A stretch of 64,000 nucleotides of DNA, from assembly GCF_000737315.1 (NCBI RefSeq), contig NZ_JMCB01000017.1, positions 183,666 to 247,665 on the forward strand. Reading direction: 5' to 3'. The first letter of the stretch is position 1, and the number at the start of each line of letters is the position of its first letter. Position numbers and translations under genes: made by a program. The notes under the pieces are model-generated. The model did no database searches. It saw nothing but the letters and a program-made list of their open reading frames with translations, and was not told where the DNA came from. Source of the stretch: Hyalangium minutum. GTDB taxonomy: Bacteria > Myxococcota > Myxococcia > Myxococcales > Myxococcaceae. Positions 35,608 to 44,800 of the stretch are shown piece after piece.

Positions 35608-36945
35608 TTAGGAACGGCTCTCGGCGGGGACAGCCTGCTCGACGCGAGGGCGGTACTCCCCGGCCAGAGTGTCCACCTCGGCGGCCAGCCGCTCTCCGTC
35701 CTGGAGCAACAAGGCCTTGAGCCGCGCGCGGCTACCGAGCGTGAAGAACACGCTGATGTCTCGCCAGATGCCCGCCCAGCGCTCCAGGAAGTAGAGGGTG
35801 AAGAGGGCCAGCGGCGGCACCCCCACCAGCGCCACGACGCCCCACCCCCAGCCGCCCCACAGCCACGCAGCCACCGTGAGGCCCGGCCACCAGAGCAGTG
35901 ACATGAGGAGCGCGCCCAGGAACTTCACCGTGGCCTGCGTGTCCAGCTCGCTGTTGCGCGAGGCCAGCCGGGGCACCTGGTATGGCAGGCCAAACAGCAC
36001 CACGCCCAGGATGAACAGCGGGAGGCCCAGGCACAGGGCCAGCAGGTTCTTCACCACGAACGTGGCCACCTGCCCGGACTGGTACACGAGCGTCAGATCC
36101 TTCGGATCCGCGTGGACCAGTTCCAACCGGCGCCGGAAGGACATGAGGGACGAGCGCACCTGCTCGAAGCGCTCGGGCTGCTCGGAGCGGAAGAGCTGCA
36201 GGCCCCGAGCCCAGTGTTTCAGGCGCTCGCGGTCGGTCTTCTCGCCTTGGCGGAACGCATAGAGCTGCTCGGCGGTCTGGATGAGCGGCAGGTCCTCCCA
36301 GTGCGACATGTTGAGGGTGACGGCCTTGAGGCCCTCGGCGATGCGCTCCGTGAGCTGCCGGGCCGCTTCCTTCTCCGCTCCATCTCCGGCGTCGGGGCGC
36401 GGCAGGAACGGCAGCACCTCGATGGCGGACCCCACCTCGATGAGGACCTCGCTGCGGAAGAGGTTCTTCTCTCCGTAGGTGAAACCGACGGGGATGATGC
36501 GAACCGGAGCTCCCTCGCGCGCGGCTCCGAGGGCAATGCGGGCCGCGCCCGTCTTCAGCTCCGCGAGCATGGGCTCCGAGTGGCTCCTGCCCTCGGGGAA
36601 GATGGTGATGGCGCGGCCCTGCACGAGGGCGGCGCGGGCGGCGTCGAGGGTGCCCTCGTTCTTGACCGTCTGCCCGGGGTTGTCCTGCTTGCGGTAGACG
36701 GGCAGCGCGTGGAGCCCCTTGAGGATCCACCCGATGACGGGCATCCGGAACAGCGGCTCCTTGGCCAGGAAGGTAACCTGGCGGTGGGTGATGACGAAGA
36801 CGAGCGCCGGATCGATGAGGGCGTTGGGGTGGTTACCCACGAAGATGATGGGGCCCTCGGGCTTGGCAGCCGGGGCATTCACCTTCAGCCGGTAGAAGAG
36901 CCGCAGCGCCAGGGACACCAGACCACGGATGAACGCGTAGAACAC
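35608..36945 (-). CDS. Lysophospholipid/glycerol acyltransferase (PlsC-like) with C-terminal TMs
   Basis: NHPNALID, FLAK, IFPEG, IIPVG. Confidence 0.88.
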   Translation of the reverse strand: MFYAFIRGLVSLALRLFYRLKVNAPAAKPEGPIIFVGNHPNALIDPALVFVITHRQVTFLAKEPLFRMPVIGWILKGLHALPVYRKQDNPGQTVKNEGTLDAARAALVQGRAITIFPEGRSHSEPMLAELKTGAARIALGAAREGAPVRIIPVGFTYGEKNLFRSEVLIEVGSAIEVLPFLPRPDAGDGAEKEAARQLTERIAEGLKAVTLNMSHWEDLPLIQTAEQLYAFRQGEKTDRERLKHWARGLQLFRSEQPERFEQVRSSLMSFRRRLELVHADPKDLTLVYQSGQVATFVVKNLLALCLGLPLFILGVVLFGLPYQVPRLASRNSELDTQATVKFLGALLMSLLWWPGLTVAAWLWGGWGWGVVALVGVPPLALFTLYFLERWAGIWRDISVFFTLGSRARLKALLLQDGERLAAEVDTLAGEYRPRVEQAVPAESRS

Positions 36946-36994
36946 GGCGGAACTCTACACCGAGCCTGGGACGCGGGGGCGGCTGGGAGAGCAC

Positions 36995-37378
36995 TCACCG
37001 CTTGGTGCGAGACTTGGGGGACTTCGTGCTGCGGCCCTGCTTGCTGGCTTTACGGCCGGCGGGCTTGGGCGCAGGCCCGGGAGTGAAAAGCTCCTGGACG
37101 GAGTCCACGGTGACCGCCTTGCGGAGCCAGAGCTTGAGCTGAGACAGGTCCGTGCAGGCCCTCAGACGCTCCCGGGTTGAGTCATCCACCTCAAGTCCCC
37201 GGGCATCGAGCACCTCGAACAGGGCGGTGAGCTCCCCATCGTGGAGCCCCTGCTGCAGCCCCTGCTGCAAGCCCTCCTGCAAGCCCTCCTGCAACCCCTC
37301 CTGCAGCCCCTCCTGCCTCCCCTTGGCGATCCATTGGCCAACGAACTCAGTCTGATACTCGTAGCTGCCACTCTTCAT
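36995..37378 (-). CDS. Candidate intragenic small Rpn (RpnS-like) ORF, in frame with the Rpn gene
   Basis: In-frame ATG at 37378 preceded by GGAGG with 5-nt spacer; 127 aa. Confidence 0.45.
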   Translation of the reverse strand: MKSGSYEYQTEFVGQWIAKGRQEGLQEGLQEGLQEGLQQGLQQGLHDGELTALFEVLDARGLEVDDSTRERLRACTDLSQLKLWLRKAVTVDSVQELFTPGPAPKPAGRKASKQGRSTKSPKSRTKR

Positions 37379-38008
37379 CAGCGCCTCCAAGGCTCTGCGG
37401 GCGGCCTCGCTGAGCGAGGACACAGCCAGGTCAACGTAGAAGCTGGAACGATCCGCATCAAGGCCCCGAGACGCCCCAATAACAGCCTGAGCAATGGCAG
37501 CCCCCACCTCCTCCCGCTGTCCATGTGCCATCGCCGACAGAACCGCCAACTCAGGATCTTGCTCGGCTGCCTGCTTGTCCACGACTACGGGGATGGAATC
37601 CGGCCCAGCCACCAGCGGCTGGAGTGTGAAACCGGGATGTCCCAGCTCGATGGGCTGAGCACACCACTTGGCAATGGCTGCATCCGGAGCAACCACCAGC
37701 AGTGCGGTCGGACACCCCACCCGAGAGCGCAAGCTCGTGAGGTACAGCGGCCAGCTCTTGCGCTTGTCCTCATCCCTCGACAGCTGAACCTCCACCACAA
37801 TGGCGAAGATGGGCTGACCGTTCGACAGCAGGATCACCAGATCCGCCCGGTACTCGGTGGGCACGACCTGAGTGAACTCCGCGGACTCCACTCGAGCCTC
37901 GGACCAGACCGGCAACGTCAATCCCAGCGCATCCTGCAAAAGCTCGGGCGCCAGCCTGGGGCGATTGCGGAACAGGACCAGGAGGCCCTCATGAAGCATC
38001 GAAGCCAT
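36995..38008 (-). CDS. Rpn-family (YhgA-like) PD-(D/E)xK nuclease-fold protein
   Basis: RADLVI...IVVEVQ...WPLY core, EGLQ repeats, L..WL..A C-terminal segment. Confidence 0.75.
   Translation of the reverse strand: MASMLHEGLLVLFRNRPRLAPELLQDALGLTLPVWSEARVESAEFTQVVPTEYRADLVILLSNGQPIFAIVVEVQLSRDEDKRKSWPLYLTSLRSRVGCPTALLVVAPDAAIAKWCAQPIELGHPGFTLQPLVAGPDSIPVVVDKQAAEQDPELAVLSAMAHGQREEVGAAIAQAVIGASRGLDADRSSFYVDLAVSSLSEAARRALEALMKSGSYEYQTEFVGQWIAKGRQEGLQEGLQEGLQEGLQQGLQQGLHDGELTALFEVLDARGLEVDDSTRERLRACTDLSQLKLWLRKAVTVDSVQELFTPGPAPKPAGRKASKQGRSTKSPKSRTKR
37238..37321 (-). repeat. Seven 12-nt tandem units (G-L-Q-E type)
   Basis: GRQE GLQE GLQE GLQE GLQQ GLQQ GLHD. Confidence 0.9.
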
Positions 38009-38096
38009 GGCGCGACACCCTAGGAGGTGGGTCTGACGCGTCCCAACCTCCCAGGTTCACCGCCCGCTTCACTCGCACCCATCCCCCAGGCCCGCG

Positions 38097-38633
38097 TCAG
38101 GGGAACGCGTCCACCACTTGGATGATGCCCTTCGAGTCCTGGACCACCGCCGTCCCTCGCTCCGGGCCCGGGTAGGCGATGATCCCCTCCCCGTCCTTGT
38201 CCCACCGGGGATCCACGAGCACCCCGCAGAAGGGGACCTCGTAGAAGTCTCGCAGCTTGCCGCCCTCGTAGTAGCGCACGTATGCCCGGTCGTACCGGCC
38301 GAACACCCGGTGGTTCGCCACGTACAGGTACCCGGCGATGCTCATGTCCTTCAGCTCGCCCTCCTCCACCTTGGGCAGCGACATCACGAACCGGCTCTTG
38401 TAGTGCGCCGAGCCCGGCCGGTTCTGCGTCTCGTCCACCACCACTGGGATGCGGTCGCCGACCTTCAGCCCCATGCGCTGCATCTGATCGACGGCGTCCG
38501 GCGGACACACCATCACCGGAGGCATCCACTTCGGGCGCTTGGACGTCACCACGGGCGCCGGAGCGCTCACACACCCGGCCCCCAGGCCCACCGCGAGCCC
38601 AGCGGCCAACACTCCCCGGAGGCTCTGAGCCAT
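38097..38633 (-). CDS. Hypothetical lipoprotein
   Basis: AGGAGG SD, lipobox LGAGC; CPP...GRY...PFC...PG motifs reminiscent of myxobacterial Ser/Thr-kinase C-terminal domains. Confidence 0.65.
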   Translation of the reverse strand: MAQSLRGVLAAGLAVGLGAGCVSAPAPVVTSKRPKWMPPVMVCPPDAVDQMQRMGLKVGDRIPVVVDETQNRPGSAHYKSRFVMSLPKVEEGELKDMSIAGYLYVANHRVFGRYDRAYVRYYEGGKLRDFYEVPFCGVLVDPRWDKDGEGIIAYPGPERGTAVVQDSKGIIQVVDAFP

Positions 38634-38648
38634 CGCCACACGCACCTC

Positions 38649-41600
38649 CTAGAAGACCCCGATGCTGAAGTGGAACTGAGAGGCCGGCTCGTTGAAGTCC
38701 TCGTCCGGGTCCAGGTTGAAGCCCAGATCGAAGGCCAGCGGCCCCACCGGCGTCACGTACCGCAGCCCTACGCCCGCCGTGTAGCGCAGGATCGTCGGAT
38801 CGAAGTTCGTCCGGTCTCCCCACAGGTTGCCGGCCTCGAGGAAGAAGCCCAGATCCAACGAGCGGAAGGCCGGCAGCCGCAGCTCCGCCTTGCCCAGAGT
38901 GAACAGCTCGCCACCCTGGCTCAGCGGCGCCTGCCCCGCCAGCACCGCCACCAGCTCCGCGGGGCACCCCTGCGGAGTAATGACGGCGCGGCAGTCGAGC
39001 AGCTGCCGGCGCACCTCGGCGCGCTGGTCCTCGGGCAGCAACCCATCCTCGCGGAAGCCGCGCAGGCTCGAGGAGCCCCCCAGGTAGAACAGCTTCGAGC
39101 CGATGGACTGCGCGTTCGGGGACAGCGGCACGATGGTACCGGCCCGGGCGGACAGCGCCAGGCTGGCACGGCGGCCCAGCGGCGCATAGACGCTCACGCT
39201 GCCAGACAGCTTCAGCTCGTGGATGGGGAAATCCGCGACCCTGTTGCCCAGCGCATCCGTGGGCGCCACGCTGAGGTCCCGGGTGAACTCGGCGCTGCCG
39301 GAGACCAGCAGACCCTTGCGCGGATTGGTGGGCTCATCCCGGAAGTCGAGCGTGGAGGTTCCCCGGAGCGAGTACAGGGTGAAGATGCCGTACGGGAAGC
39401 GCAGCCGCTCCTGGTCTGCCCGGCTCAGCACGTTCAGCACGCCGCTGCGCGAGCGCAGCCGGTTGTGCTCGAGCTCGCCTTGGATTCCCAGGCTGAGCCA
39501 GCGCGCCGCAGGCCAGTCCAGACCGCCCACCGCCGCGAACCGGGTGGAGAGATACGAGGGCCGGTGAACGCGCTCACCGATGAGATCCACCCGCGCGCCC
39601 GTGTCCCTCGGCAGCAGGAAGAAGTTGAGGCGCGGCTGGGTGAGGGCCACGTTGCCACGCCCGCCCAGCCCTTCCCAGCCTCGGATGGAGTCGTCCTGGA
39701 CGCCCCCATACCGGCCCGAGAAAGCCTCCTGGCTCCAGCCCACGTAGTTCACCTTGGCGCGCGCCAGCAGGTTGAGCCCGCGCCCGTCCACGTTCGGGAA
39801 CGCCGTGTCCAGCGTGACGCGTGGACCGTCCACCAGGAAGTAGCCGCCGGACACCTCGCCGTCGATGCGCGGCCGCTCCTGCACCGTCACCAAGATGTCC
39901 TTGATCTCCTCGCGACGGTTCGGCTCGCGCAGCTGCACCTCCACCTGGCGGAAGATGTTGAGCCGCGCCAGCCGGCGGCGCCCCTCCGCCAGCTTCTCCA
40001 GATCCAGCGGCTTGCCCACCTCCAACGCGAGCAGCGCGCGCACAGTCCGCTCGTCCGAGCGGGTCAGCCCCTGGAAGATGATGCGGCCCACGCGCACCTG
40101 AGGCCCCGGCTCCACGCGCAGGAAGACCTTCACGTAGCGAGGATCCTCCGTGTTGGGCTCCGTCTTCACCTCCACCCGGGCGAACAGGTACCCCTGCCGC
40201 GCCACCTCCTGCTCCAAGTTCTGGCGCGCCCGCTCCACCGCCTCCTCGCTCAGCGAATCCCCAGACGCCAAACCCACGCTCTCGGTGCCCGTGCCCTGCG
40301 GCAGCCCATCGACGACCACCTCGTCGACGCGCACCTCCGAGCCCTCCTCCACCTCGAACTCCGCCACCGCCGTGCGCGCACTCACATCCACGTCCAGCCG
40401 GCTGAAGTGCACTTGGGCCTGGGGGAAGCCGCGCTCGCGGTAGGCCTCCGTCAGCACCTCCGCCGCGCCCAGGTACGCTTCCTCCACGAACACCCGGTGC
40501 GGATCCGGCGCGAGCGGCACGGAGCGGGGCCCTTGCCCACTCCGCCCATCCACCTCCAGCGGATCATCCCTCAGCGGCAGCGTCAGCTCGGGCACCGGAT
40601 CGCGGGTGCGGATGATCTCCGCGAGCACCTCTCGCAGCACGCCGCTCGGCAGCGCCCGGTTCCCCCGGAAGCGCACCTCCGTCACCGTGAGCGGCCGTCC
40701 CTCTTCGATCTCGAAGGCGAGCACGGCCTCGGCATGGTCCGGCCGGCGCACCTCGCGCGGGGTGACGCGCACGTCGTTGAAGCCCCGGTAGCGATAGAAG
40801 ACCTCCAGCCGCCGGGCCAGGGTCCACACCACCCCGGGATCCAGTACCTCGGTGCCGTCATAGGCCAGGACGCGCTCCAGGACCACGCCCGGGAACTGGT
40901 GGTTGCCATGAAAGTGGAGCGTGTAGCGAGGCCCGGCGGAGACCGGCAGCGCCACCGTGGCAAGCCCCTGTTCCAGCGTCACCGTGGGAGCCCCGACCCG
41001 TGCGCGGTAGTAACGCTGTTGGCGCAACACGGTCCGCAGCTTCTCCAGCCCCGCGTCCACCCGCGCCTGATCGAGCACCACTCCAGGCTCCAGCCCGAGC
41101 GCTTCCAGCAGCGAGGACAGCGGCAGCCCGGGACTTCCGGTGAGCGTGACGCGGCCCACCCGGGTGGGCTGGCCCTCGTCCATCGTGAACACCAGCACCA
41201 CGCCCCCGGGAGAGGGCTCCTCGGAGACTCTCAGGTAGGCCTGGTCATAGCCCTTGCGGTGGTAGGCCTGCTCGACGGCGGCACGGGCCCGATCCACGCT
41301 GTCCGGATCCAGCGGCGCATACTCCGGCAAGCCGCTGGCCTCGCGAATCTCATCATCAGACAGAGCGACGTTGCCCTCGATGACGAGCCGCACGAGCTGC
41401 TGCACCGGGGTGAGCTGGAACACCAGCCGCACCCCGCCCCTTACATCCACCGTGCGGGCCTCGACGTTGGTGAAGCGGCCGGTGTTCCACAGCGCCTCCA
41501 CGCTCCGGCGCACCGCCAGCGTCGAGAGCACCTGCCCACGTCGAATGGTGACCAGGTCCGCCAGCCCGCGAGTGTCCGAGCCCGGCGGCAACCGGAGCTC

Positions 41601-41801
41601 CACCTCTTTCACCTCCTGAGGCTCCTGCTCCTGAGGCTCGGCGCGCGCCTCGGCCGCCGACGGTGGCTCCTGGGGAGCCATCCCCGCCAGCGCCAGGCCG
41701 GCCCACAGCAGACACACGGCGAGCGCTACTCGACCTCCCAGCTCAGCTTGAGCTCGAGTCCAAGGTTGCCGAACGAGGCTTCGCTGTTCTCGTTGTCCCA
41801 C
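38649..41801 (-). CDS. Omp85-family outer membrane protein (TamA/BamA-like, POTRA repeats)
   Basis: POTRA-like repeats, LRGF motif, GPLAFD, terminal FHFSIGVF; exact start uncertain (near 41720-41801). Confidence 0.88.
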   Translation of the reverse strand: MGQREQRSLVRQPWTRAQAELGGRVALAVCLLWAGLALAGMAPQEPPSAAEARAEPQEQEPQEVKEVELRLPPGSDTRGLADLVTIRRGQVLSTLAVRRSVEALWNTGRFTNVEARTVDVRGGVRLVFQLTPVQQLVRLVIEGNVALSDDEIREASGLPEYAPLDPDSVDRARAAVEQAYHRKGYDQAYLRVSEEPSPGGVVLVFTMDEGQPTRVGRVTLTGSPGLPLSSLLEALGLEPGVVLDQARVDAGLEKLRTVLRQQRYYRARVGAPTVTLEQGLATVALPVSAGPRYTLHFHGNHQFPGVVLERVLAYDGTEVLDPGVVWTLARRLEVFYRYRGFNDVRVTPREVRRPDHAEAVLAFEIEEGRPLTVTEVRFRGNRALPSGVLREVLAEIIRTRDPVPELTLPLRDDPLEVDGRSGQGPRSVPLAPDPHRVFVEEAYLGAAEVLTEAYRERGFPQAQVHFSRLDVDVSARTAVAEFEVEEGSEVRVDEVVVDGLPQGTGTESVGLASGDSLSEEAVERARQNLEQEVARQGYLFARVEVKTEPNTEDPRYVKVFLRVEPGPQVRVGRIIFQGLTRSDERTVRALLALEVGKPLDLEKLAEGRRRLARLNIFRQVEVQLREPNRREEIKDILVTVQERPRIDGEVSGGYFLVDGPRVTLDTAFPNVDGRGLNLLARAKVNYVGWSQEAFSGRYGGVQDDSIRGWEGLGGRGNVALTQPRLNFFLLPRDTGARVDLIGERVHRPSYLSTRFAAVGGLDWPAARWLSLGIQGELEHNRLRSRSGVLNVLSRADQERLRFPYGIFTLYSLRGTSTLDFRDEPTNPRKGLLVSGSAEFTRDLSVAPTDALGNRVADFPIHELKLSGSVSVYAPLGRRASLALSARAGTIVPLSPNAQSIGSKLFYLGGSSSLRGFREDGLLPEDQRAEVRRQLLDCRAVITPQGCPAELVAVLAGQAPLSQGGELFTLGKAELRLPAFRSLDLGFFLEAGNLWGDRTNFDPTILRYTAGVGLRYVTPVGPLAFDLGFNLDPDEDFNEPASQFHFSIGVF

Positions 41802-44800
41802 TGGGCCTGCGCGGAGAGGCGGTTGTCGAAGCGATACTCGGCCCGGGCGCGAGTTCCACGCCCGCTGACTGGCTGCGTCATGCCGATCTTAAGCTGATCG
41901 CTCAGGATCTTCGACTCCAGTTGTGCGGTCGGCTCCGCTTGCCTGGTCGCATCGTTGTACGTGGTGGAGATCTGAAAGGACAGGTCTCTCAGCACCGGGT
42001 TGCTGGGCAGGAAGCGCTTCACCTGCTTGTCCAGGCCGGACACATTGAAGAGCGCCTCGGCGGCCAGGCCCGCGCTGGCCGAGGCCGCCGTGTCCTTGTC
42101 CGTGCTCGTCACGCCCAGGGTGAGGAGGGAGACCACATCGCCTTCGGCCAGGGAGGGCTCGGAGGAGAAGAGCACCTGCGGGTCCGCGGGCCGACCGAAG
42201 GCGTGCACCTTCAGGGTGTACTCGCGCACCTGCGTCTGCCCGCGCACGTCGAACACGAGATCGATGCCATAGCGGTCCCGGAGCTCGACCTCGGCTTGGG
42301 TAATGGTGAACTGGTTGTTGCGGAAGAAGGCCTGACTGCCCTCCTCCGCCTCCACTCGGCCGAGCACGCCTGGGCGCACGTTGGTGCCCGTCAGCCGCAA
42401 ATCACCCAACAACCGGGCGCGGGCCAGGTTGTTGTCGACCCGCACGTCCTTGAGGTGAACGCGCACGTCATACGTGAGGAACTCGGGAGCCTTGTCCGCC
42501 GTGGTGGGGAGCACCGACGCGGTGCGCCGCCCGAGGTTCTTGAGCATGGAGTCCAGCTCCAGGCCCTTCTGGTAGCGCAGCCGGAGCAGGTCCACGTCGC
42601 CCGCGAGCAGCAGTGCGTCCGGGGTCCCCGTGAGCTGCAGCCCGCCCGAAGCGGTGATGGGCAGGTCGTCCGAGTACCGGTACGTCACGTCCTCCAGCTC
42701 CGCGGCCAAAGAGATCTTGTCCGGCGAGAAGTTCTTGAGGGTGATCTCACCGCTGGCAGTGGCACGCCCCTCGTTGAGCAGGCCTCGGAAGCCCTTGAGC
42801 AGCACGCCCTGCTCGGTGAAGGTGGCCAGGCCCGACACGGCGCGCAGCGTGACGGGGCGGCCCCTCGCGGAGACCCGGAGATCGGAGACAGAGGCCTCGC
42901 CGACCAACGAGGGCTTGTCCAGGTTGCCGGAGGCCTGGCCCTGGAACTCCACCCGGCCACCGGTGCGCTCCACCTCGGGCAGCAGCGACTCCGCCACCCG
43001 CAGGTCCATGCCACCGCGCACGTTCAGGTCCAGAGCACGAGGCCCCATCCAGCCCGCACCGGACACCTCCAGGTCCGGCCCGCGAAAGGTGAAAGGCTCC
43101 ACGTTCAGCCGGCCGCCCATGTAGCTCAGTGAGATGGGCCCTTCGTTCTGGCCCCGGAAGATGCCTCGCGCCAGGGACAGTTGGTCCACGAACGCCGTCA
43201 CCTGCACGGCCTCATAGTTGCGGATGTTGCCCTGCGCGCTGAGGGTCCCCTTCAATGAGCCGGACATGCCCTGGGTCACCGCGTTCGCGGGCAGCAGCGG
43301 GCGGATCTCCGGCAACTCCAACGCCACGGACAGCTCGTAGGGGAACGGCTCACGTACCTTCATCGTCAGGAATCCGTTGGCGTCCTTGAAGAGCTGGCCA
43401 GAGACCTCGAAGTCCCGGCCCGTCATCTTGCCCACCAGGTGCATCGCGCCCAGGTCGCGGTCCGCGAAGGTGACGCGCGGGCCCTTCAGCGTCCCTTCGA
43501 CGATGGGCAGCGTGGAGTTGCCGCTGACCGTGCCCTCCAGCGTGAGCGTGCCCTCCATGCCCATGCGCGTTGCGAGCTCCGGCCCGATCGCCTCCGCCAG
43601 GGAGAGGTTCTCGCCACCGAAGCGGTAGTCCAGCCCACCCGCGAAGGTAAAGGTGCCCTCCACCCAGCTCTTGCCGAGCGGCCCCTCGAGCGTGGTGCGC
43701 TCCAGCACCATCTCCTTGCCATCCACGAAGCGCAGCCGCGAGGAGCCATCGCCCATCCGGCGCCCGTAGTAAGTGGTGTTCTTGAAGTCGAACGCCACCA
43801 GCCCCTCGAAGCGGTCCACTGGGCTGTCGATCTCCACGCGCCCCGAGGCCAGACCGGCGATGGTCCCTTGCATCACGGCGATGTTGGGGTGGAGCCCGGC
43901 GATGACATCGATCAGGTCCTCGGTGCGGCCCTGCGGCACGTTCACCTCGGCCTTGGCGTGCAGCGACTTGCCGAAGGTGAGCGCGGCCTTGCCGAAGTAC
44001 TGGGTGCGGCCCTTCTGCCCGGTGATCGTCGGGAAGCTCAGGACCAGATCCTCGTACGTCGCCTTGCCCTGCACCACCCCCATCCCTAAGCCCCAGAAGG
44101 TGAAGTCCCGGAAAGAGACGTTCGAATCCACCTTCACGTCCACGTACGGCCCCGCCACGGTGAGGTTCGCCGTGCCACGGCCCGCCCAGGGCAGCCCGGC
44201 CACGGCCCCGAAGTCGGAGAGCTCCAGGTCGCCATCCGCGCGCACGTCCAGCCCGCGCGCCGGGTCATAGAAGAGCGTGACGTCCGTGTTCATCCGCGAG
44301 CGGCCCGACTCCACCTGCCCGTCGATCGTCACCCGGTCCGAGAGGATCTTCAGGGTGGCCTGCACCCGGCCGCGGTCGAACTCCAGCAGCGTGAGCCCCT
44401 TCTGCTCGGGCGCGTCGTAGGCGCGCGTGGCCAGTACGAAGTGGCCGGTGCGCAAGTCCGCCTCTCCCGAGAGCTGTGGCCGAGGCAGGATCGTCCCGGT
44501 GAGGCGCCCTGTGACGGTCGCCGGAAAGTCCACCCAGGAGCCCTTCACCCCCGACTGCGCGAGGATCCGGCCGAAGGACGCGTCATACGTCTTCACGTCC
44601 AGTTCCACCGGGAGGCCCGGAGCCAACCGGACCGTGCCGCTCACCTCGGCACGCCCGTTCCCCACGGGCACCGTCAGCTTCTCCACTTTCACGCGCTCGC
44701 CCTGGTAGTGCAGCTGCGCCGTGAGGGAAGTGGGCCCGTAGCGGTCATAAGCCAGGTTGTTCGCGGACACCTCCACGGACACGCTGGGCGCAAGAGGCCG

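Noticed and set aside
36960-38050. Rpn gene as an IS/transposase element
   Set aside because: Only a 9-bp imperfect inverted match (TGGGACGCG / CGCGTCCCA), no target duplication, no DDE/HUH motifs.
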